Source: Verrucomicrobiota bacterium
GTDB lineage: Bacteria > Verrucomicrobiota > Verrucomicrobiia > Chthoniobacterales > UBA10450
Assembly: GCA_003220005.1 (NCBI GenBank)
Contig: QHRD01000002.1
Location: 647 to 64,646 of the forward strand
DNA: 64,000 nt
Direction: 5' to 3'
The notes beneath the pieces are model-generated. The model saw only the letters and a list, made by a program, of their open reading frames with translations. It was not told the DNA's origin and did no database searches. Below, piece after piece: positions 18,890-28,582 of the stretch (the stretch's first letter is position 1; every line of letters begins with the position of its first letter). Both the position numbers and the translations under genes were made by a program.

Positions 18890-19630
18890 ATGAATGAACC
18901 TCCGGAATTCCAAGCCTACGGCCTGCCGCATCTCACGGTCATCTTTCTTACGATTGTAGTGCCGTTTGGGCTCGTGGCGATCGTGCGACGCACGAAATCT
19001 CAGCGAATCGAAAACGTGATTATCGGTACGCTGTCAGCGGTTCTGATTTTGAACTACGTCGTTTTTCTGATTTTTATCCGCAGCCATGGTGTCGTGAATT
19101 GGCGGCAGATGTTGCCGATGCAAATGTGCGACTGGGGCATGGCCGTTGTGATCGTGGCGATGTGGACAGGAAATCAGCGCTGTTTCGAAGTAGCGTACTT
19201 CTGGGGAATTGGCGGCACGTTACAAGCCGTGCTCACGCCAAACCTGCGCTATGGCTTTCCGGATTGGCGTTTCATCAGTTTTTTCACCTCGCATTGCGGT
19301 ATCATCGTGGGCGTAGTCTTTCTGATGTTGACCCGACGATACCGGCCATATCCCATGTCGATCGTGCGCGTCTGGCTGTGGTCAGAGTTTTATTTTGTGA
19401 TCACCTTTGTCGTGGATGAGCTGACTGATTTCAACTATGGATTTCTTCTGCACAAGCCCGAGGCGTTTTCCATTTTAAGTTTTCTCTCTGATTCGCGACC
19501 GCTGTATCTTCTGCAAATGCACGGAGTCGCGCTGTTCTTTTTTCTCGTGTTGTATGCGCCGTTTGCAATTTACGATCTTGGGAGGGGAAAATGGTTAAGA
19601 AACGCAGGAAAGCAGGAAGCAGTCCTTTAA
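18890..19630 (+). CDS. polytopic integral membrane protein (possibly TIGR02206/YwaF-like)
   Basis: It has about 7 hydrophobic segments. I preferred the ATG at 18890 because the ORF start at 18833 lies inside the repeat element. The family assignment is tentative. Confidence 0.6.
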   Translation: MNEPPEFQAYGLPHLTVIFLTIVVPFGLVAIVRRTKSQRIENVIIGTLSAVLILNYVVFLIFIRSHGVVNWRQMLPMQMCDWGMAVVIVAMWTGNQRCFEVAYFWGIGGTLQAVLTPNLRYGFPDWRFISFFTSHCGIIVGVVFLMLTRRYRPYPMSIVRVWLWSEFYFVITFVVDELTDFNYGFLLHKPEAFSILSFLSDSRPLYLLQMHGVALFFFLVLYAPFAIYDLGRGKWLRNAGKQEAVL

Positions 19631-19665
19631 ATTTCCTGCGTTCCTGCTTTCCTTTAGAAATTAGT

Positions 19666-20484
19666 GTGAAAGCAAGGCCATTACGCGTCGGCAGAGTCAA
19701 GATCGGCGGCAAACGCCCGGCGTTCATTCTTGGGCCGTGCGTGATTGAGTCGGAGAAGTTTATCTGGCGTATGGCTAAGAAGATCTCTGAAATCTGTTCG
19801 GCCGCAGATGTTGATTTCATTTTTAAGGCCTCTTACGACAAGGCGAATCGGACTTCGGTGCGGTCATTTCGCGGAATCGGCGTTCGCGAAGGGTGCGAAA
19901 TTCTTTCGGCCATCGGGCGCGACTTGAAAATACCAGTGACAACCGACGTTCACTCTTCGAGGGAAGCGGAGGTCGCCGGCGAAAGCATCGATATGTTGCA
20001 AATCCCGGCGTTCCTCTGCCGGCAAACGGATCTGCTGCGCGCCGCTGCGGAAACCGATCGGGCGATCAATGTGAAAAAGGGTCAGTTCCTCGCGCCGTGG
20101 GACGTGCGAAACATTGCCGAAAAACTAATCGCCTTTGGCAACTCGCAATTCTGCTTCACCGAGCGGGGCACAACGTTTGGCTACAATAACCTCGTCGCCG
20201 ACATGCGCTCCCTCTATTGGATGCGCGAGGCGGGATATCGGGTGATCTTTGACGCGACACATTCAGTGCAGCGGCCAGGCGGGGCAGGGGATTCGACATC
20301 GGGCGACGGCGTTTTGGCTCCCGCGCTGGCCAGGGCCGCGATGGCCACGGGTTGCGACGGAATCTTTATGGAAGTGCATGAAAATCCCGCGCGCGCGTTG
20401 TCGGACGGGCCGAATCAGATTCCGCTAAAGGATTTGCCGAAGCACCTGCGCATGTTAAAGGCTATTCATGCTGCCGTTTCGTAG
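19666..20484 (+). CDS. kdsA: 3-deoxy-8-phosphooctulonate (KDO8P) synthase
   Basis: It reads FILGPCVIESE..FKASYDKANRTS..QIPAFLCRQTDLL..HSVQ.PGG. I chose the GTG at 19666 to avoid overlap with the preceding gene. Confidence 0.9.
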   Translation: MKARPLRVGRVKIGGKRPAFILGPCVIESEKFIWRMAKKISEICSAADVDFIFKASYDKANRTSVRSFRGIGVREGCEILSAIGRDLKIPVTTDVHSSREAEVAGESIDMLQIPAFLCRQTDLLRAAAETDRAINVKKGQFLAPWDVRNIAEKLIAFGNSQFCFTERGTTFGYNNLVADMRSLYWMREAGYRVIFDATHSVQRPGGAGDSTSGDGVLAPALARAAMATGCDGIFMEVHENPARALSDGPNQIPLKDLPKHLRMLKAIHAAVS

Positions 20485-21031
20485 CGGTCGCTCTGCATAT
20501 CGGGGCTGGCTCCTATGGTTATTATCAGTCGCGTTGTCCGTTTTGATATCGGCGCCGCCGGTGCCCGGTCAGTCAAAAGGCCATAGGAAGAGAGGACGCG
20601 CGACAGCGACACCAAGTGCGTCTCCGGGTGAACAGAGCCTAACGAACATCCCCCTGCCGATCGGCCATGAGGCGAAGGGCCTTGTGTTGCCAGATTTCGA
20701 TGGCGAAGGCCATCTGCGGGGAAGATTTGAAGCCGGGACGGCGCACCGAATTGATCAGGAACACATCGGATTTCAACTCCTCAAGATTACGACCTACACT
20801 CCGGAGAATCAGCCCGATCTGAAGATCGACATGCATACGTCGGTGCTCGATTTGAAAACCCGGGTCCTAAGTTCGCAGGAGCGCACGACGATCCAGCGCT
20901 CGGATTTCAACATTGCCGGCGATTCAGTTTATTTCGATACCAACACGAGGACGGGCCGATTGATCGGGAACGTGAAAATGGTGATCACTGATCAATCGCA
21001 TCTGACTGCCAAACCGAACAGCAGCCAATGA
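20468..21031 (+). CDS. LptC-like periplasmic anchored protein
   Basis: The call rests on its position between kdsA and lptA/lptB, a single N-terminal TM segment, and beta-rich sequence. There is no strong motif. Confidence 0.45.
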   Translation: MLPFRSGRSAYRGWLLWLLSVALSVLISAPPVPGQSKGHRKRGRATATPSASPGEQSLTNIPLPIGHEAKGLVLPDFDGEGHLRGRFEAGTAHRIDQEHIGFQLLKITTYTPENQPDLKIDMHTSVLDLKTRVLSSQERTTIQRSDFNIAGDSVYFDTNTRTGRLIGNVKMVITDQSHLTAKPNSSQ

Positions 21032-21735
21032 AAAGACTAGCGGTCTTTATCCTATTGATCGCCTTAGTGACAGGTGCGCGCTTGCAGGGCCAGACTCCCG
21101 CGGAGGCGCCGGAAGCTTCCCGCGTTGGGCCAGAGAAAAAAGCGAAGAAAGCGGCGACGAAAAAAGAAAAAACCTCGCCTCCCACAAAATTATTTGGCCA
21201 GCCCGGGACCGGCTCGCAATCGAACGCCCCGACCTTAACGGAAATCTATGCGGATGAAGCGTTCTTTGATTCAACCAAGAACATGGGCATCTTTAGCGGC
21301 CGGGTGAAGGTAACCGATCCGCGTTTCAATCTTCAATCTGACAAATTGACAGTGTTCATTACCAAAGGACAAAACCAGGGCTTGGAGAAAGCCATTGCCG
21401 AAGGAAACGTCGGCTTGGTGCGCGACCGGCCTGATCCCAATGGCGGACCGCCAACGCGCGCCGTTGGCCGGGCGGACAAAGCTACTTACACGTCAGCGAC
21501 TGGCGATGTTGAGTTAAAAGGAACGCCGCGCGTGCAGGAGGGATTGAACATGCATGTGGCGACCAGCCCTGATACAGTCATGATCATCAATCAAAACAGC
21601 CAGTTGACTACTCACGGGCCAAGTCGCACCGAGATTCGTCAGCAGCCGAACGACGAAAAGAAGGGCGGAGCAACTCCTTCGCAGACTTCCCAGGCTCCCC
21701 AGGTCTCACCAGCGCCGCCCTTGCCGACACCATGA
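21028..21735 (+). CDS. LptA/OstA-like periplasmic LPS transport protein
   Basis: It has a signal peptide and OstA-like repeats (IYADEAFFDS..GRVKVTD..LQSDKLTVF..ATYTSATGDVELKGTPRV). It overlaps its neighbours by 4 nt. Confidence 0.6.
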   Translation: MKRLAVFILLIALVTGARLQGQTPAEAPEASRVGPEKKAKKAATKKEKTSPPTKLFGQPGTGSQSNAPTLTEIYADEAFFDSTKNMGIFSGRVKVTDPRFNLQSDKLTVFITKGQNQGLEKAIAEGNVGLVRDRPDPNGGPPTRAVGRADKATYTSATGDVELKGTPRVQEGLNMHVATSPDTVMIINQNSQLTTHGPSRTEIRQQPNDEKKGGATPSQTSQAPQVSPAPPLPTP

Positions 21736-22517
21736 TTAGCCAAACAGCGCCGGCTTCGAGTGCCAAAATTTCTTCGCCCGTCACAGCGAAAGCGGAAACT
21801 GTCCTGACCACCGAGGAACTGGTCAAAATTTATGGCGGTCGAGCGGTCGTGGACGGCGTCAACATGTATGTTCGGGCAGGGGAAATTGTGGGACTCCTCG
21901 GGCCGAACGGCGCGGGCAAGACCACCAGTTTTTACATGATCGTCGGCCTGGTGAGGCCCAACAGCGGTCGCGTGATCTTTTCAAAGACCAATGTCACGGA
22001 CTATCCGATGTACAAACGTGCCCGGCTGGGGATGGGTTATCTGCCGCAGGAGGAATCAATCTTTCGGAAGATGACGGTGGAACAAAATATTCTCGCGATT
22101 TTGGAAACACTCCCGTTGAGCAAGGCCGAGCGGCGGAATCGTTGCGATCAACTGCTGCACCAGTTTGGCATTGAGCGGATCGCGAAAAATACCGCGCTCA
22201 CGTTGAGCGGCGGCGAGAAGCGACGCTTAACGATTGCCCGTTCGCTGGTCACGCAACCAAAGTTGTTGATGCTGGACGAGCCGTTTAGCGGTGTCGATCC
22301 CATTGCGGTATACGATGTGCAACAGATTATAGTTAACCTCCGCAAATCTGGACTCGCCATTATGATCACCGACCACAACGTCCGCGAGACTCTCTCAATC
22401 GTGGACCGCGCCTATCTGATTTACGACGGCCGGGTGGAGAGCGAAGGCACAAAAGATTTTCTGATTAACGATCCAATCAGCCGCCAGTTATACCTCGGCG
22501 AACGCTTCAAAATGTAG
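21732..22517 (+). CDS. lptB: LPS export ABC transporter ATP-binding protein
   Basis: It reads GLLGPNGAGKTTSFYMIVG, LSGGEKRRLTIARSL and LLMLDEPFSGVDP. Confidence 0.9.
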   Translation: MISQTAPASSAKISSPVTAKAETVLTTEELVKIYGGRAVVDGVNMYVRAGEIVGLLGPNGAGKTTSFYMIVGLVRPNSGRVIFSKTNVTDYPMYKRARLGMGYLPQEESIFRKMTVEQNILAILETLPLSKAERRNRCDQLLHQFGIERIAKNTALTLSGGEKRRLTIARSLVTQPKLLMLDEPFSGVDPIAVYDVQQIIVNLRKSGLAIMITDHNVRETLSIVDRAYLIYDGRVESEGTKDFLINDPISRQLYLGERFKM

Positions 22518-22608
22518 AGTTTTCGCAGCCGCGCAGCATTCTGACCGAGGCGAAGGTTCTCGATGGCGATTGGAAATTGCGCGGTAATCACGCTAGAAGT
22601 TATGTCTG

Positions 22609-23607
22609 ATGGCAGAACGACACGGGACCCAAACAATCACATCCACAAGCAATCAGCAGAAAAGCGTCCCGGTTGTCACGGTTGAGAGCTTTTACAATTC
22701 TCACGCCGAAAAGCTACAGATGAAATTGGAAGGCCCGCGCGTGGGGTTTCATCGGAAAATTCGCGAACCGACCATCAACCGCCCCGGTCTGGCGCTTTCG
22801 GGTTTCTATACGTATTTCGCCGAGAAACGGGTGCAGGTATTGGGCGCCGCGGAACATTCTTATCTCAAGAGCTTGTCTTCCACGCTGCGTATCCGGCGAT
22901 TTCAAAAAATGTGCGAGCACAAGATTCCTTGCCTAGTGATATCACGCGGGTTTCTTCTTGCGCCGGAGTTGGTGGCTGTGACTGCGGCGGCAAAAATCGC
23001 GGTGTTTCGCACTCCGATGATCACGATGAAGTTCATCAATGCCGCAACGATCGCTTTGGAAATGGATTTTTCGCCAATGGTCACTGAATTCGGAAGCATG
23101 GTGGACGTGTTGGGCATTGGAGTTTTGATTCGCGGAGCGAGCGGGATTGGAAAAAGCGAGTGCGTGCTGGGATTAATCGAGCGCGGTTACAGTTTGGTGG
23201 CTGATGACGTGACGCGGATTACGATGCTCGAAGGACGCGAGCTCATGGCGACGGCGCCCGACCTCACCCGCAATCACATGGAGGTGCGCGGAATCGGGAT
23301 TATCGACGTGGCGAAGGTTTTCGGGATCGGGAGTATTCGAATCGAAAAGCGCCTCGACTTGGTTGTCACTCTCAAAGACTGGCACGAGGTAGAAGAAGTC
23401 GATCGGATCGGGCTCGACCGCGAATTTTATGAGATCCTCGGACTGAAAGTCCCACATGTGACGATTCCGGTTCGGCCCGGCCGCGACATGGCGCGTTTGA
23501 TCGAGGTCGCGGCGATGGACGAAAAATTAAAGGGACTGGGTCAAAGCGCGGCCCTTGATTTTAACGCGAAGCTGCTGCGAGTAATGGAGCAGAAAGGAGC
23601 GACTTAA
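22609..23607 (+). CDS. hprK: HPr kinase/phosphorylase
   Basis: It reads GVLIRGASGIGKSECVLGLIERGYSLVADD..MEVRGIGIIDV. Confidence 0.9.
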   Translation: MAERHGTQTITSTSNQQKSVPVVTVESFYNSHAEKLQMKLEGPRVGFHRKIREPTINRPGLALSGFYTYFAEKRVQVLGAAEHSYLKSLSSTLRIRRFQKMCEHKIPCLVISRGFLLAPELVAVTAAAKIAVFRTPMITMKFINAATIALEMDFSPMVTEFGSMVDVLGIGVLIRGASGIGKSECVLGLIERGYSLVADDVTRITMLEGRELMATAPDLTRNHMEVRGIGIIDVAKVFGIGSIRIEKRLDLVVTLKDWHEVEEVDRIGLDREFYEILGLKVPHVTIPVRPGRDMARLIEVAAMDEKLKGLGQSAALDFNAKLLRVMEQKGAT

Positions 23608-23918
23608 TGGCATTGTTGTCTCGAAGAGCGACCCGCGCCGCAGCCGCACAGAAGGTCGAAAAAGAAATTCCAATTGTCAATCGGCTTGGACTCCACGCGA
23701 GGCCCGCCGCCATGTTCGTGCGCATCGCCAGCCGTCACCGTTCGGAAATTTGGGTTTCAAAGGAAGGCGAAGAGGTAAACGGCAAAAGCATCATGGGCCT
23801 GATGATGCTCGCTGCCGGGCAGGGGTCGAAACTGCGCATCCGTTGCGAGGGACCAGACGCGGACAAAGCAATGGAGGAGCTCGAAGAACTGATCAACGCG
23901 CGCTTTAACGAAGATTGA
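23607..23918 (+). CDS. ptsH: HPr-family phosphocarrier protein
   Basis: GLHARPAA carries the His15 equivalent and GKSIMGLMML carries the Ser46 equivalent. The start codon shares its first base with the last base of the hprK TAA stop, a 1-nt overlap (TAATG). Confidence 0.85.
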   Translation: MALLSRRATRAAAAQKVEKEIPIVNRLGLHARPAAMFVRIASRHRSEIWVSKEGEEVNGKSIMGLMMLAAGQGSKLRIRCEGPDADKAMEELEELINARFNED

Positions 23919-23919
23919 G

Positions 23920-23978
23920 GTAGGGTGCCGCGCTGCCCCGAAAGCTTTCGGGAGTCGGCGCAGCGCGCCGACCCTGCC
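23920..23978. repeat. GC-rich hairpin module shared with 11083..11133
   Basis: It contains gtagggtgccgcgctgc, the palindrome cccgaaagctttcggg (23937-23952), and gtcggcgcagcgcgccgac (23954-23972), which is identical to 11109-11127. Confidence 0.6.
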
Positions 23979-24033
23979 CCGAGTCAACGTGCGTGCTCGC
24001 AATGTTTGACATCTGCCTTACTCTCCCAAGCGG

Positions 24034-25803
24034 ATGAGCGGCGACAACGCGCTAAAAGAAATTCGGTTTGAAGGAGCTGGCGTCTCGCCCGGAATCGCCC
24101 GCGGTCAGGTCCACGTCGTCCGCGATGAGTTGGATGAAGTGGTGCATTATCGCATCGCCTCCTCTCAGGTGGCGGACGAAATCAGTCGCTTCGAAACAGC
24201 CCTTATCCAAACGCGCATGCAGATTCTGGAGATGCAGCAGCGCATTGCGGAATCGATCGGGGCAAAAGATGCCGCGATTTTCGATGCGCATCTGCTGGTA
24301 GTCGAAGACCGCACGTTGATCGACGAAGTACTCCGCAAGCTGGAAACTGATCTATGCAATGTGGAATGGATCTTCCAGGAGGTCGCCACGCGTTACGCCG
24401 AGACGTTGAATAAGATCGATGATCCGTACTTGCGAGAACGGGCGCTCGATATTCAGGACGTAACAAAACGCGTCATTCGCAATCTTCAGGGGAAAGCTCC
24501 CGAGACATTTCTTGCTCTGACCGAGACGCACATTCTGATTGCGCATAATCTTACTCCTTCAGACACCGCGAGCGTGGACCGGACGAAGGTGCTCGGGATT
24601 GCGACGGATCTTGGCAGTCGCACGTCGCATGCGGCGATTTTAGCTCGTTCGCTTAACATCCCCGCTGTAGTCGGGTTGCACGACATCACAGCAAAGCTGG
24701 AGACCGGTCAGCACGTTCTTCTTGATGGGAATGACGGCTGTCTGATCATCGATCCGACGCCGGAAACACTCGCGTGCTATGCGGGGATCGAATCGCGAAG
24801 AGCCGAAGTCACGGCGCAACTGAAAGAACTGCGCGAGACAACGTCCACTACACGCGATGGGCGTCATATTGTTTTGTCGGCAAACATCGAACTACCGGAA
24901 GATGTCGATGCTGTGGCGGCCAATGGCGCAGAGGGCATCGGACTTTATCGCACCGAGTTCCTCTATTTGAATCGAACGACTCTGCCGACGGAGGACGAAC
25001 AATATGAAATTTACCGGCGAGTTGCCGAACGCGTCCGTCCGAACCCGCTAATTATTCGAACATTTGACCTCGGCGGCGATAAGTTGGCTCCGGGCACAGT
25101 CGATATCACCGACGAGTTGAACCCGTTCCTCGGCTGGCGCGCGATCCGTTTTTGTCTCGAGAATGTCGAAATCTTCAAGACGCAGCTGCGCGCAATTCTG
25201 CGTGCGAGCGTCGTGGGCAATGTAAAAATCATGTTTCCTATGATCTCCGGGCTGGATGAATTGCGCCGCGCAATTGCAATCCTTGGAGAGTGCAAAGAAG
25301 AATTACGCAGCGCGAAAATCGACGCGGCCGAAAAAGTCGAAGTTGGCGCGATGATCGAAATTCCGAGCGCCGCCATCTGTGCGAGCGTGCTTGCACCGGA
25401 GGTCGATTTTTTCAGTATTGGAACAAACGATCTGATTCAGTATGCGCTTGCGGTCGATCGCGTGAACGAGAAGATCGCGCATCTGTACGAGCCGACCCAT
25501 CCGGCAGTACTGCGTTTGCTTAAAATGATCGCCGATGCCGGCCACGCCCATAATATCTGGGTAGGCGTATGCGGAGAAATGGCAGGAGATATCGCGCTCG
25601 TTCCGCTTTTGCTGGGTCTCGGGGTGGAAGAACTGAGCGCAGCTGCAATCCTGGTTCCGAGAGTCAAACGCGCCGTGCAGAGTCTGTCCATTCCTGAATG
25701 TCGCGAGCTGGTGGAGGAAACGTTCAAGCTCAATACCGGCTCGAAAATTCTGGCGCGTTGCCTCGAACTCGCGGACAAACGTTACGGTGATTTACTGGGC
25801 TAA
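24034..25803 (+). CDS. ptsI: phosphoenolpyruvate-protein phosphotransferase (PTS Enzyme I)
   Basis: 589 aa. It reads GSRTSHAAILARSLNIPAVVG and SIGTNDLIQY. Confidence 0.95.
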   Translation: MSGDNALKEIRFEGAGVSPGIARGQVHVVRDELDEVVHYRIASSQVADEISRFETALIQTRMQILEMQQRIAESIGAKDAAIFDAHLLVVEDRTLIDEVLRKLETDLCNVEWIFQEVATRYAETLNKIDDPYLRERALDIQDVTKRVIRNLQGKAPETFLALTETHILIAHNLTPSDTASVDRTKVLGIATDLGSRTSHAAILARSLNIPAVVGLHDITAKLETGQHVLLDGNDGCLIIDPTPETLACYAGIESRRAEVTAQLKELRETTSTTRDGRHIVLSANIELPEDVDAVAANGAEGIGLYRTEFLYLNRTTLPTEDEQYEIYRRVAERVRPNPLIIRTFDLGGDKLAPGTVDITDELNPFLGWRAIRFCLENVEIFKTQLRAILRASVVGNVKIMFPMISGLDELRRAIAILGECKEELRSAKIDAAEKVEVGAMIEIPSAAICASVLAPEVDFFSIGTNDLIQYALAVDRVNEKIAHLYEPTHPAVLRLLKMIADAGHAHNIWVGVCGEMAGDIALVPLLLGLGVEELSAAAILVPRVKRAVQSLSIPECRELVEETFKLNTGSKILARCLELADKRYGDLLG

Positions 25804-25808
25804 CACTT

Positions 25809-26279
25809 TCAATCTTCCGTTTCCGGATCTGGTCTTAGTCCCTCTTCCTCCATTTTGCGCAAAACGTCGCTCATATCATCCACTTCGTCCCAAACATCCT
25901 GACTCACATAGATGGGCGCCTTCTGCTGAGTCGCCATCGCAATACAATCGCTGGGTCGCCCATCGAGCTCGATGATCTTTTTCTGCTGCAATTCGTTTTG
26001 GACCCGGATGATGACTCGCGCGTAGTAGGTGGCATTTTTCAAATCATTGATGATGACGCGGTCAACTTTTGCGCCGAGGGCGGTCAGCAAATGCGCCATC
26101 AGATCGTGCGTGAGCGGCCGCTCCTTGGTGATCTGACGCATGAACATGGTGATCGCGCTGCCCACCGTTTGATCGACGTAGATGATAAATACTTTCTCGT
26201 TATTGCCAATAAACACCGCGCACCCGCCGCTTGTCGGAAAAACCGCCCGGACCTGCACCTCGATCACCGTTTTGTTCAC
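25809..26279 (-). CDS. bifunctional nuclease family protein (DUF151)
   Basis: It reads FIIYVDQTVGSAI..RPLTHDLMAHLLTALGAKVDRVIINDL. Confidence 0.8.
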   Translation of the reverse strand: MNKTVIEVQVRAVFPTSGGCAVFIGNNEKVFIIYVDQTVGSAITMFMRQITKERPLTHDLMAHLLTALGAKVDRVIINDLKNATYYARVIIRVQNELQQKKIIELDGRPSDCIAMATQQKAPIYVSQDVWDEVDDMSDVLRKMEEEGLRPDPETED

Positions 26280-26453
26280 CAGCGAACGTTATCCGCAGCG
26301 ATATGAAAAACAAGCGGTGCGCTGCAACCGTCTCATTTGTCACGACACATTGGATCGCATGAAAAATTTTGCTCAGTAGGCTTGAATGTTCGACGTGCTG
26401 AATGAATATGCGTTTTGTCCGGAAGCTCCCGGACGGCCGCGTGACGAATCGAG

Positions 26454-28409
26454 ATGAAAACTGAGTGGGACCTTGAGTCCGCCGTTGCCACATACAACGT
26501 GGATAGATGGGGTGAGGGTTATTTTACTCTCAATAGCTCCGGCAACGTCGAGGCGAAGCCACTAAAGGCTGATGGTGGCTCCATCGACCTCTTGGAAGTA
26601 GTCAATGAAGCGCGTGCGCGGAACCTCGGTTTTCCATTGCTGATTCGGTTTCAGGATTTGCTTCGGCATCGCGTCGAATCAATTAATCGCTCGTTTCAAA
26701 GTGCGATATCTGAGTTCGGTTATCGCAATCAGTATCGCGGCGTTTTTCCCATTAAAGTCAATCAGCTGCGTGAGGTGATCGAGGAAATCGTCGATGCCGG
26801 CGAACAATTTCACTTTGGACTCGAAGCGGGCAGCAAACCGGAGCTGGTTGCCGCGCTTGCCATGCAAAAAGACCCTGAAAGCTTGATCATCTGCAACGGC
26901 TACAAAGATTCTGCTTTCATTCGTATCGCACTGCTTGGCCGCAAACTTGGCAAGTCGGTCATCATCGTCGCTGAAAAACTGGAAGAGTTGGAGCAGATCA
27001 TTCGTGCATCAAAAGAGGTTGGCGTCGAGCCGTACATCGGTGTCCGCGCTCGCTTGTATAGCAAAGGCTCCGGGAAATGGTCGCCGAGCGGCGGCGAGAA
27101 CGCCAAATTCGGTCTCGACACTACCAACCTCGTGGCTGCCAGTCAGATGCTGAAAGAAGCTGGTCTGACACAATCTTTCAAACTCCTTCATTTCCACGTT
27201 GGATCGCAGGTGCCCGACATTTCAACGATCAAACGCGCTGTGCGCGAGGGTGCGCGTTTTTACGCAAAGCTTTGCAAACTCGGGCATCAACTCGGTTATC
27301 TCGATGTCGGTGGCGGCCTCGGCGTGGATTACGACGGATCACGCAGCGATTTCGACAGTTCGACCAATTATTCGCTCCAGGAGTATGCCAATGACGTCGT
27401 GTGGAACATCATGGACGTATGCGATTCCGAAAGCGTTGCGCATCCCATCATTGTGAGTGAAAGCGGGCGCGCCATTGTCGCGCACCATTCGGTGCTGGTG
27501 TTGGAAGCATTCAGCTCGATCGAGAAAACTGCGCCAAAACTCAAGGTCGAAGCCGGCGAGAAAGATCACAAACTGGTGGGCGACATCCTCGACGTAAAGC
27601 AGCGCTTAAAGCGCGGAAATCGCCTTGAGAGTTTGCACGACATCCAACAGATAAAGGAAGAAGCGCAGCAAACGTTCGATCTCGGTCTGCTCGATCTCGA
27701 ATCGAAGGCGAAGATCGACACTGTTTACTGGCAGGTCGCGCATCAAATTGTGAACATGCATCGCGGCCTGCGTTATGTGCCCGATGAAGTGAAGGACCTC
27801 GAAGTCACTCTGGCCGATCAATACATTTGCAACTTCTCTGTGTTCCAATCGCTGCTGGATCACTGGGCGCTCGGGCAACTGTTCCCGATCATGCCGATCC
27901 ACCGGCTCACTACGCCGCCAGACCGACACGCCACAATCGTGGACATCACCTGCGACTCCGACGGCAAAGTTTCAAAATTCATCGATCTCCAGGACGTGAA
28001 GGAGACTTTACCTCTCCATCGCATCCCGCCCGGCGAGATGTATTACATCGGCGTGTTCATGGTGGGCGCGTATCAGGATATCATGGGCGACCTTCATAAT
28101 TTGTTCGGTCGCGTCACTGAGGTGCATGTCTTTCTGGATCCCGACGAAGAATCGGGCTGGTACATTGAGGAAGTGATCGAGGGCAGCACCATCGGCGAAG
28201 TTCTCGCGATGACACAGTGGGACAAAGTTGAGCTGATGCGACTGTTAAAAGCGCAGGTCGATGACGCGATTAAGACTGATCGACTCAAACCAAACGATGC
28301 TATGAAGCTTCTCGCCGACTACGAACGGCTTCTTCAGGAGTACACTTATCTCAGTTTCAACGGTAACAGACCGCCGCCGCAACCCGGCAGTTGGCTACCA
28401 TTGAGTTAA
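26454..28409 (+). CDS. speA: biosynthetic arginine decarboxylase
   Basis: 651 aa. It reads YNVDRWGEGYF..FPIKVNQ..HFHVGSQ..DVGGGLGVDY. Confidence 0.95.
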   Translation: MKTEWDLESAVATYNVDRWGEGYFTLNSSGNVEAKPLKADGGSIDLLEVVNEARARNLGFPLLIRFQDLLRHRVESINRSFQSAISEFGYRNQYRGVFPIKVNQLREVIEEIVDAGEQFHFGLEAGSKPELVAALAMQKDPESLIICNGYKDSAFIRIALLGRKLGKSVIIVAEKLEELEQIIRASKEVGVEPYIGVRARLYSKGSGKWSPSGGENAKFGLDTTNLVAASQMLKEAGLTQSFKLLHFHVGSQVPDISTIKRAVREGARFYAKLCKLGHQLGYLDVGGGLGVDYDGSRSDFDSSTNYSLQEYANDVVWNIMDVCDSESVAHPIIVSESGRAIVAHHSVLVLEAFSSIEKTAPKLKVEAGEKDHKLVGDILDVKQRLKRGNRLESLHDIQQIKEEAQQTFDLGLLDLESKAKIDTVYWQVAHQIVNMHRGLRYVPDEVKDLEVTLADQYICNFSVFQSLLDHWALGQLFPIMPIHRLTTPPDRHATIVDITCDSDGKVSKFIDLQDVKETLPLHRIPPGEMYYIGVFMVGAYQDIMGDLHNLFGRVTEVHVFLDPDEESGWYIEEVIEGSTIGEVLAMTQWDKVELMRLLKAQVDDAIKTDRLKPNDAMKLLADYERLLQEYTYLSFNGNRPPPQPGSWLPLS

Positions 28410-28463
28410 GTTCTGCAGTCGCAGACGTTTCGGGCGCGTGCGAAGCAAATGTTCCGCGGAACT

Positions 28464-28488
28464 TGTCATTCCGAGAGAAGTCGAGGAC
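28464..28488. repeat. left-end fragment of the MITE-like element family
   Basis: The sequence is tgtcattccgagagaagtcgaggac. No matching right end lies nearby. Confidence 0.45.
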
Positions 28489-28582
28489 TGGAGCGAGTTG
28501 GGACGAGCGACATAGACGGTTGCGCCGCGAGGGTAGCGGCGAGAGAGTCGGGAGACGAACGAGTCAATCTCTCGATGCCAAG

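Noticed and set aside
28391-28582. The 64-codon N-terminal extension of the asnS ORF. Similar upstream extensions occur at 951-1139, 18833-18889, 19591-19665, 35582-35635, 44779-44838, 50461-50502, 51357-51695 and 52690-52776.
   Set aside because: The extensions cross repeat elements or overlap the preceding gene and lack similarity to the families concerned. Internal starts give canonical N-termini or signal peptides.
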